Assembly: GCA_963666215.2 (NCBI GenBank)
Contig: CAXWPL010000002.1
Coordinates: 96,001-160,000 of the forward strand
Length of the DNA: 64,000 nucleotides
Reading direction: 5' to 3'
Source of the DNA: Acidobacteriota bacterium
Lineage (GTDB): Bacteria > Acidobacteriota > UBA890 > WLXD01
Position numbers and translations under genes: made by a program. This document shows positions 58,541 through 64,000 of the stretch, piece after piece. Every line of letters starts with the position of its first letter. Positions within the stretch are counted from its first letter, which is position 1. The notes beneath the pieces were generated by a model. That model did no database searches, was not told where the DNA came from, and worked only from the letters and a program-made list of their open reading frames with translations.

Positions 58541-59422
58541 CTAGCCTGCTAGGCGTACGATGCCCGCGAGCATACGACCCGCGGCGTCGCCGTCGCGGCG
58601 GTACGAATGGAAGCGACCGGGCTCGCAGTGCGTGCAGGCCTCGAAAACATCTATGTTGCTGGAGCTGAGGCCGGCCGTCACCAGCTGGTGGTGGGCCGCG
58701 GCGCCGAGATCGCAAAGGTAACTCGGTCGCGTCGGCTTCCTGGCCCCCTCGACAAGATCGGCAGGATGCATACGATCGGACGCCGAGGGTCCACGGGCAG
58801 AATCAGCCAGCTCCGCCGACAGTCCATCGGGCTCGGGCTGCAGCAGCTCGGCGCTGAAGACGGTCTTGGGCAGGCCTGCCGCCAGGAAGCCCTGGCGTAC
58901 TTCCGGGCCGACGCGATAGCAGCAGGTGCCGGCTCGCGGGCCAACAGCTGCCACGAGGCTCGAGGGGTCGGTACCACTGACGTCGCACAGGCTCGCCACG
59001 GTCGCCCGCAAGACTCCCGCTGCGATGCCACGCCAGCCAGCGTGCGCCGCCGCCACCGAGCTGCCGTTGTCGACGGAAAGCAGTACGGGCACGCAGTCGG
59101 CCGTGGCGATAGCGATGGGTGTCTTGGCGCGGGCGGTGACAAGTGCATCGCCCTGCGGCCAGGAGTCGCGAGTCGGCGCGTGGTGTGGTGCCAAAACCCT
59201 GTCGGCCGCGTCGGCGTCAATCAGGATGACGCCACGCTCGTGGACCTGGCGCACTCGAGCTACGGGCGCTGGCAGTTGTGATTCGAGGCGCGAGCCGCGG
59301 GTCTCGAAGGCGTGGTCGATCGCTCGGATCTGCCTGAGCAGCGAGCTTTGCAGCAGCTCCGAGCGGTCGGCGCTCGCGGGCGACTCCATCGAGGTCTCGG
59401 AGGTGTCAGGCGGTTGACTCAC
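58541..59422 (-). CDS. pgeF: YfiH/PgeF-like purine nucleoside phosphorylase / polyphenol oxidase family protein
   Basis: QVH, TADCVPVL, AHAGWRG, CT...FHSYRR. Confidence 0.88.
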   Translation of the reverse strand: MSQPPDTSETSMESPASADRSELLQSSLLRQIRAIDHAFETRGSRLESQLPAPVARVRQVHERGVILIDADAADRVLAPHHAPTRDSWPQGDALVTARAKTPIAIATADCVPVLLSVDNGSSVAAAHAGWRGIAAGVLRATVASLCDVSGTDPSSLVAAVGPRAGTCCYRVGPEVRQGFLAAGLPKTVFSAELLQPEPDGLSAELADSARGPSASDRMHPADLVEGARKPTRPSYLCDLGAAAHHQLVTAGLSSSNIDVFEACTHCEPGRFHSYRRDGDAAGRMLAGIVRLAG

Positions 59423-61413
59423 GTCGCGCTGCGGTCGGGTTCGCGGCGGCCGGCGTCGGAGCCGCCGGCGAGCTGGGCGGCGCTGGAAGCGGTCGGGTTG
59501 CGGAGGAGGCCGGCTGGCACTTCAACTTCACGACTCTCGCCGGCGCTGTCTTCACGTTGGGCGATGGCGCTGGCGCGCATCCACTGATTTGTCAGCGCGG
59601 CGTCGCTCGGCCCCGTTCGCAGATGCCCCCACGGCAGCGGCGCCACGGGCGAAAGGGCGCGCAGGTGGGCCTCCAGGCCAAGGCCTCCAGCGGCTTTCCA
59701 GTCGCGCATGGCGGCGCGGAAGCTACCGCCGCGATGCCACGTCTCCAGGAGATCGGCGGTGCGGCGGTCGCCACGCGAAAGCACCGCTTGCATCTCGGCA
59801 TCACGTGGTCGCATGGCGTCGATGATGACATTCGGGAGACCGCCGAGAGCTCTGCGGAGCCAACGCAGCTTCGCGCGGTACTCCCGCGCCGGGATCTGTG
59901 GGGCCCACTGCATGGGGGTGCTCGGCTTCGGTATGAGGCAGTTGATCGACAGTGTGATGGTGCCAATGCGGCCGCGAGATCGGCACTCGTCGAGCATGAT
60001 CGTGCGCATGTCGCGCGCCAGGTCGACAATCGCCTGCAGGTCGGCTTTTCTCTCGCCCGGCAAGCCAATGATGATGTAGTTCTTCAGGTTGACTGCCCCG
60101 GCGCGGAAGATCATCCGCACTTTCTCGAGAATCTCGTCATTGGTGATCTTCTTCATGATCAGCTCGCGCATCCGGTCGCTGCCGGTTTCGGGCGCAATCG
60201 TGATGGTCCGCTGGCCCGACTCGATCACGGCGTTGAGCAACGTCTCGCGCAGCGTCGAGATGATCAGGCTCGGACTGAAGACGCCGAAGCCCATGCGTCG
60301 TAGTCCGGCCGCGATGGCTTCGATGTCGGGGTGATCCAGAAGTGCCGTCGCCACCAGTCCGATACGGCTGGTGTGCTCGCGCCAGCGGTCGGCAACCGCC
60401 AGCACGTCGTCGACCGGATGGACGCGGAAGGGGAGGACGTTGTAGCCCACCCAGCAGTACCGGCAGCCCTTGGTGCAGCCACGTGCCACCTCGATGGTGG
60501 CCCGATCGCCGAACTCGGTGTGTGGCGTGAGGATCGAGGTGGCGGCGATGTGGTCGGGTCCGTGTGCTCCACCGAAGCGCGTGCGCACCTTGGTCACCGT
60601 TGGAGGCGCCCCGGGGCTATACAGCGGATCCGGCTCGAGGGCGGCAAATCTCTGAGTCCCTCGCTCCTGTTTATCGTCGTCGATCGCGGCGTGAGCTCCA
60701 CCCTGCACCGAAGTCCGGCGCTGTTCGGAGCCGGCTCTCTCAGATGAATAGCGAGCCCTGTAGAACTTCGGCACGTAGAAGCCCGGCTCCTGCGCCAGCT
60801 GCTCGAGCATCGCGTCGCGCGAGCACGCCGTTAGCGCCGCGTCGATAAGCGGGCCTGCCAGCTTTTCGCCTTCTCCGAGGCAGAAAATGTCGACGAATGC
60901 GGCGACGGGCTCCGGGTTGATCGAAACCGTGGCTCCGCCCATCACCACCAGTGGGTGCGTGGCGTCGCGGCTGGCGGCGCGCAAGGGAAGGCGGGCCAGA
61001 TCGAGAAGGCGGAGGAGATTGGGGTAGTCGTTCTCGAAGGAGGCCGAGATCGCCAGCAGGTCGGCATCGGCGATCGGGCGGCCGCTCTCGAGCGATGTCA
61101 GCGGCGAAGACCTGCTGTCGGCCCCACCGCGCCCGTGCCCGGATCCACGGCGCTCCCCGGGCTCCGGCGATGGCAGGAAGGCTCGCTCGCAGCACACTTC
61201 GGGGTGCAGGTTGAACAAGCGATACAGCGTATGCACGCCCAGGTTGCTCATCGCCACGGCGTAGGTGTTGGGGTAGGCCAACACCAGCCGCATGCGAGCG
61301 TCGAGGTTCGGCGAAACGAGCCGAATCTCGTCGTTGAGGCGGGGATCGCTGAATCGCACTAGTTTCCGGCGGCGGACGCGAGAACGCCGTGGCGGAAGTG
61401 TGGCCTGCCGCAC
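59419..61413 (-). CDS. Radical SAM protein with B12-binding-like N-terminal region
   Basis: YPNTYAVAMSNLG, RGCTKGCRYC (CxxxCxxC), IAPETGS, IGLPGE. Start uncertain. Confidence 0.88.
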   Translation of the reverse strand: MRQATLPPRRSRVRRRKLVRFSDPRLNDEIRLVSPNLDARMRLVLAYPNTYAVAMSNLGVHTLYRLFNLHPEVCCERAFLPSPEPGERRGSGHGRGGADSRSSPLTSLESGRPIADADLLAISASFENDYPNLLRLLDLARLPLRAASRDATHPLVVMGGATVSINPEPVAAFVDIFCLGEGEKLAGPLIDAALTACSRDAMLEQLAQEPGFYVPKFYRARYSSERAGSEQRRTSVQGGAHAAIDDDKQERGTQRFAALEPDPLYSPGAPPTVTKVRTRFGGAHGPDHIAATSILTPHTEFGDRATIEVARGCTKGCRYCWVGYNVLPFRVHPVDDVLAVADRWREHTSRIGLVATALLDHPDIEAIAAGLRRMGFGVFSPSLIISTLRETLLNAVIESGQRTITIAPETGSDRMRELIMKKITNDEILEKVRMIFRAGAVNLKNYIIIGLPGERKADLQAIVDLARDMRTIMLDECRSRGRIGTITLSINCLIPKPSTPMQWAPQIPAREYRAKLRWLRRALGGLPNVIIDAMRPRDAEMQAVLSRGDRRTADLLETWHRGGSFRAAMRDWKAAGGLGLEAHLRALSPVAPLPWGHLRTGPSDAALTNQWMRASAIAQREDSAGESREVEVPAGLLRNPTASSAAQLAGGSDAGRREPDRSAT

Positions 61414-61545
61414 AACAGGACGCCGCCGACCGTGCGGGCGGTGCCCGTCATCAGGCTCAACGGCGCCGCTTTGTTGCCAGCGGCCGACGTCCTATTCGAG
61501 CACGCGGCCATTTCTACCCATGGGTGCTCGGCCGCGCTCCGCAGA

Positions 61546-62787
61546 TCAGCTGCGGTCGCTGTGTTGGCGCAGGAAAGCGGGGACATCGAGGTCGTCCTCC
61601 TCGAGGTCGACGCCGTGTTGCGCGACGCTGAGTTCCCGTTCGCCAACGGTGTAGCTGGCCGTGTCTTCGAGCGATGGCGCGGTGGGCGCCACACTTTCAT
61701 GCTCCGGGATGACCACCGGCTGCATGTGTGGGTACGCCTCGAACCCCGTAGCGATCACGGTGATCTTGATCGTCCCAGCGAGCGACTCGTCGACGACGGC
61801 GCCGAACAGGATGTTGGCGTCATCATCGGCCGCCTGCTGAATGATCAGTGCCGCCTCATTGACCTCGTGCAGCGTCATCTCCGGACCGCCGGAGATGTTG
61901 ATCAACACGCCGCGCGCGCCGTCGATTGAGGTGTCCTCGAGCAGCGGCGAGTTGATGGCAGCCGTTGCTGCCGCGCTGGCGCGGCTCTCGCCATCTCGCA
62001 TCGCCGAGCCCATGATCGCCATCCCCATCCCCGACATGACGGTGCGGACGTCGGCGAAATCGAGGTTGATCAGCCCTGGTACGAGGATGAGATCGGCAAT
62101 TCCCTGCACGCCCTGGTGCAGCACCTGATCGGCGTGGCGGAAGGCGTCGATCATTGACGTGTCGTTCGGGACCGTAGCGAGCAGGCGGTCGTTGGGCACG
62201 GCGATGAGCGTGTCGACCGATTCCTGCAGCTCGCGGAGCCCCATGTCGGCCTGCGCCATCCGCCGCCGGCCCTCGAAGCCGAACGGCTTGGTGACCACGG
62301 CAACCGTTAGTGCGCCGAGCTCGTTGGCAAGCCGCGCGATCACCGGAGCCGCACCGGTAGCGGTGCCGCCGCCCAGCCCGCCGGTGATAAAGACCATGTC
62401 GGCGCCCTCGAGCACCTCAACGATGCGGTCGGTATCCTCGAGTGCCGCCTGGCGACCGATCTCCGGGTTGGCACCGGCGCCAAGCCCGCGCGTCAGGTTG
62501 ATGCCGAGTTGCAGCTTGATCGGCGCGGTGTTCGACTCCAGCGCCTGTAGATCGGTGTTGGCCGCAATGAACTCGACCCCTTTGAGGCCCGCGAGCATCA
62601 TGCGCGTCAGCGCATTGCCTCCGGCCCCGCCCACACCGACAACCTTGATGTAGGCGTTGTGTCGGCGTGCCTCCCCCGGGAGGAGGGAGATCGGCGACGC
62701 GGCGAGAAGATCGAGGTCGTTGTCGATGGCGTCACCGTCGCCAGGTAGAAGCGAGTCGGCGTCGTGCGAGTAGTTATCTGGAGTCAT
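61546..62787 (-). CDS. ftsZ: Cell division protein FtsZ
   Basis: [31 protein letters not shown]-terminal LDVPAFLR. Confidence 0.97.
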   Translation of the reverse strand: MTPDNYSHDADSLLPGDGDAIDNDLDLLAASPISLLPGEARRHNAYIKVVGVGGAGGNALTRMMLAGLKGVEFIAANTDLQALESNTAPIKLQLGINLTRGLGAGANPEIGRQAALEDTDRIVEVLEGADMVFITGGLGGGTATGAAPVIARLANELGALTVAVVTKPFGFEGRRRMAQADMGLRELQESVDTLIAVPNDRLLATVPNDTSMIDAFRHADQVLHQGVQGIADLILVPGLINLDFADVRTVMSGMGMAIMGSAMRDGESRASAAATAAINSPLLEDTSIDGARGVLINISGGPEMTLHEVNEAALIIQQAADDDANILFGAVVDESLAGTIKITVIATGFEAYPHMQPVVIPEHESVAPTAPSLEDTASYTVGERELSVAQHGVDLEEDDLDVPAFLRQHSDRS

Positions 62788-62879
62788 CCCCACATTCCTC
62801 CTGACCCCGCACGCTGCCTCCCAGAAGCGGAGATCGGTCGCGACTCGCGTCCGGTCCGCACTTCACAACGCTCGGGGTG

Positions 62880-64000
62880 CTAGAACAGTTCTCCAACCCA
62901 GCGCGCCACGCGGCCGCCGATTCTGCGGTACCACGCGGGGTCGCCGAGCTCGTAGTGTTCGTGGCCACCGCGATCGCGGAGACCATAGAGTGCCAGCCCC
63001 ACCGCAGTAGAATAGATCGGACTCGACACCACGTCGACCAAACCACCGACGTTTGCCGGCATTCCGAGTCGTACCGGGAGCCCAAACCGCTGCTCGGCGG
63101 CCTCGGGGAGCCCCTCGAGAAGCGCGCCGCCACCGGTCAGGACGATGCCGGCATGGAGGGTGTCGGCGAAACCCGACTTGCGGATCTCGTCGCGAACCAG
63201 GTCGAGCACTTCCACCGCGCGCGGCCTCAAGATCTCGGAAAGCTGGCGACGGGGCAACAGCCGGGCGCCGCGTCCGCCGATACCCGGCACTTCAACGGTC
63301 TGGTCGCTCGCGGTGAGCTCGGGCAGCACGCAACCCGCGCGGATCTTGATGTGCTCGGCTTCCAGCAGCGGTGTGCGCAGCCCGACTGCGATGTCGTTGG
63401 TGAAGTGCTCTCCGCCGGTCGGTAGCACCGCCGTGTGGCAAACGGCTCGATGGTGATAGCAGGCGATGTCGGTGGTGCCGCCGCCGATATCGACCAGCCC
63501 AACGCCGAGCTCGCGCTCGTCGTCGCTGAGCGTTGCCTCGCTCGAGGCGAGCTGCTCGAGGACCACGGCGCGTACCTCGAGGCCGGCGCGGTTGGCGCAA
63601 TTCACCAGATTCTGCACCGCCACAACGCCGCCCACCACGAGGTGGACGTTGACCTCCAGGCGCGAGGCCGACATGCCACCAACCGGATCGAGGATGCCGT
63701 CTTGCCCATCAACCAGGAACTCCCGCGGCAGCAGGTGAATGATCTCGCGGTCGTTCGGCAGGTCGAGGTTGCGGGCCGCGTCCATGACCCGGCGCACGTC
63801 TTCCTCGGTGATCTCCCGGGCCTTCCCTTCCAGTGTGAGCATCCCGCGGCTGTTGAAGCCGCGAATATGGCCGCCGCTGGTGCCGACGAAGGCGGCGTCG
63901 ACGCTGACGCCGGCCATGAGCTCGGCTTCTTCGACCGCGCTCTTGATGGCCTCGACCGTGCTCTCGATGTTAACAACGAGGCCCTTGCGCTGGCCTCCCG
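62880..64000 (-). CDS. ftsA: Cell division protein FtsA (5' partial)
   Basis: VDIGGGTTD, GGEHFTNDIA, GIVLTGGGALL, YSTAVGL; upstream of ftsZ. Confidence 0.96.
   Translation of the reverse strand, partial: GGQRKGLVVNIESTVEAIKSAVEEAELMAGVSVDAAFVGTSGGHIRGFNSRGMLTLEGKAREITEEDVRRVMDAARNLDLPNDREIIHLLPREFLVDGQDGILDPVGGMSASRLEVNVHLVVGGVVAVQNLVNCANRAGLEVRAVVLEQLASSEATLSDDERELGVGLVDIGGGTTDIACYHHRAVCHTAVLPTGGEHFTNDIAVGLRTPLLEAEHIKIRAGCVLPELTASDQTVEVPGIGGRGARLLPRRQLSEILRPRAVEVLDLVRDEIRKSGFADTLHAGIVLTGGGALLEGLPEAAEQRFGLPVRLGMPANVGGLVDVVSSPIYSTAVGLALYGLRDRGGHEHYELGDPAWYRRIGGRVARWVGELF

Overview
High-GC bacterial chromosomal segment; gene content and protein style suggest an Acidobacteria-like organism (inference). 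About 50 CDS. Housekeeping blocks: sod, gnd, rnr-gatB-ftsE-ftsX-mutS2-dnaG, zinc-ribbon/rnhA, and ftsA-ftsZ-radical SAM-pgeF. Envelope genes: a GT4/AsnB/GlpD-like cluster, two UPF0104 proteins with an acyltransferase and a TolB-like protein, and a GT-C-like membrane protein. Also a dehydratase/TonB-receptor/M28-peptidase run, two tandem lipoprotein methyltransferases, and a 10-gene non-canonical Mrp antiporter operon next to tRNA-Leu(CAG). A decayed accessory patch (~30-35.5 kb) holds kinase, IS6 and oxidoreductase stubs plus a matrixin/knottin pair. There are two tRNAs (Leu-CAG, Ile2-CAT). No CRISPR array, rRNA or intact integrase was seen. Most notable: an unannotated ~190-nt 6S-RNA-like gene at 57047-57240, a recurrent TANNNT-N6-9-ATG leaderless promoter pattern, a metzincin with a C-C-CC-C-C tail, an RNase R with long acidic and basic disordered tails, and an in-frame TGA in an ABC ATPase. 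All functional calls come from motif recognition by eye; no database searches were run.
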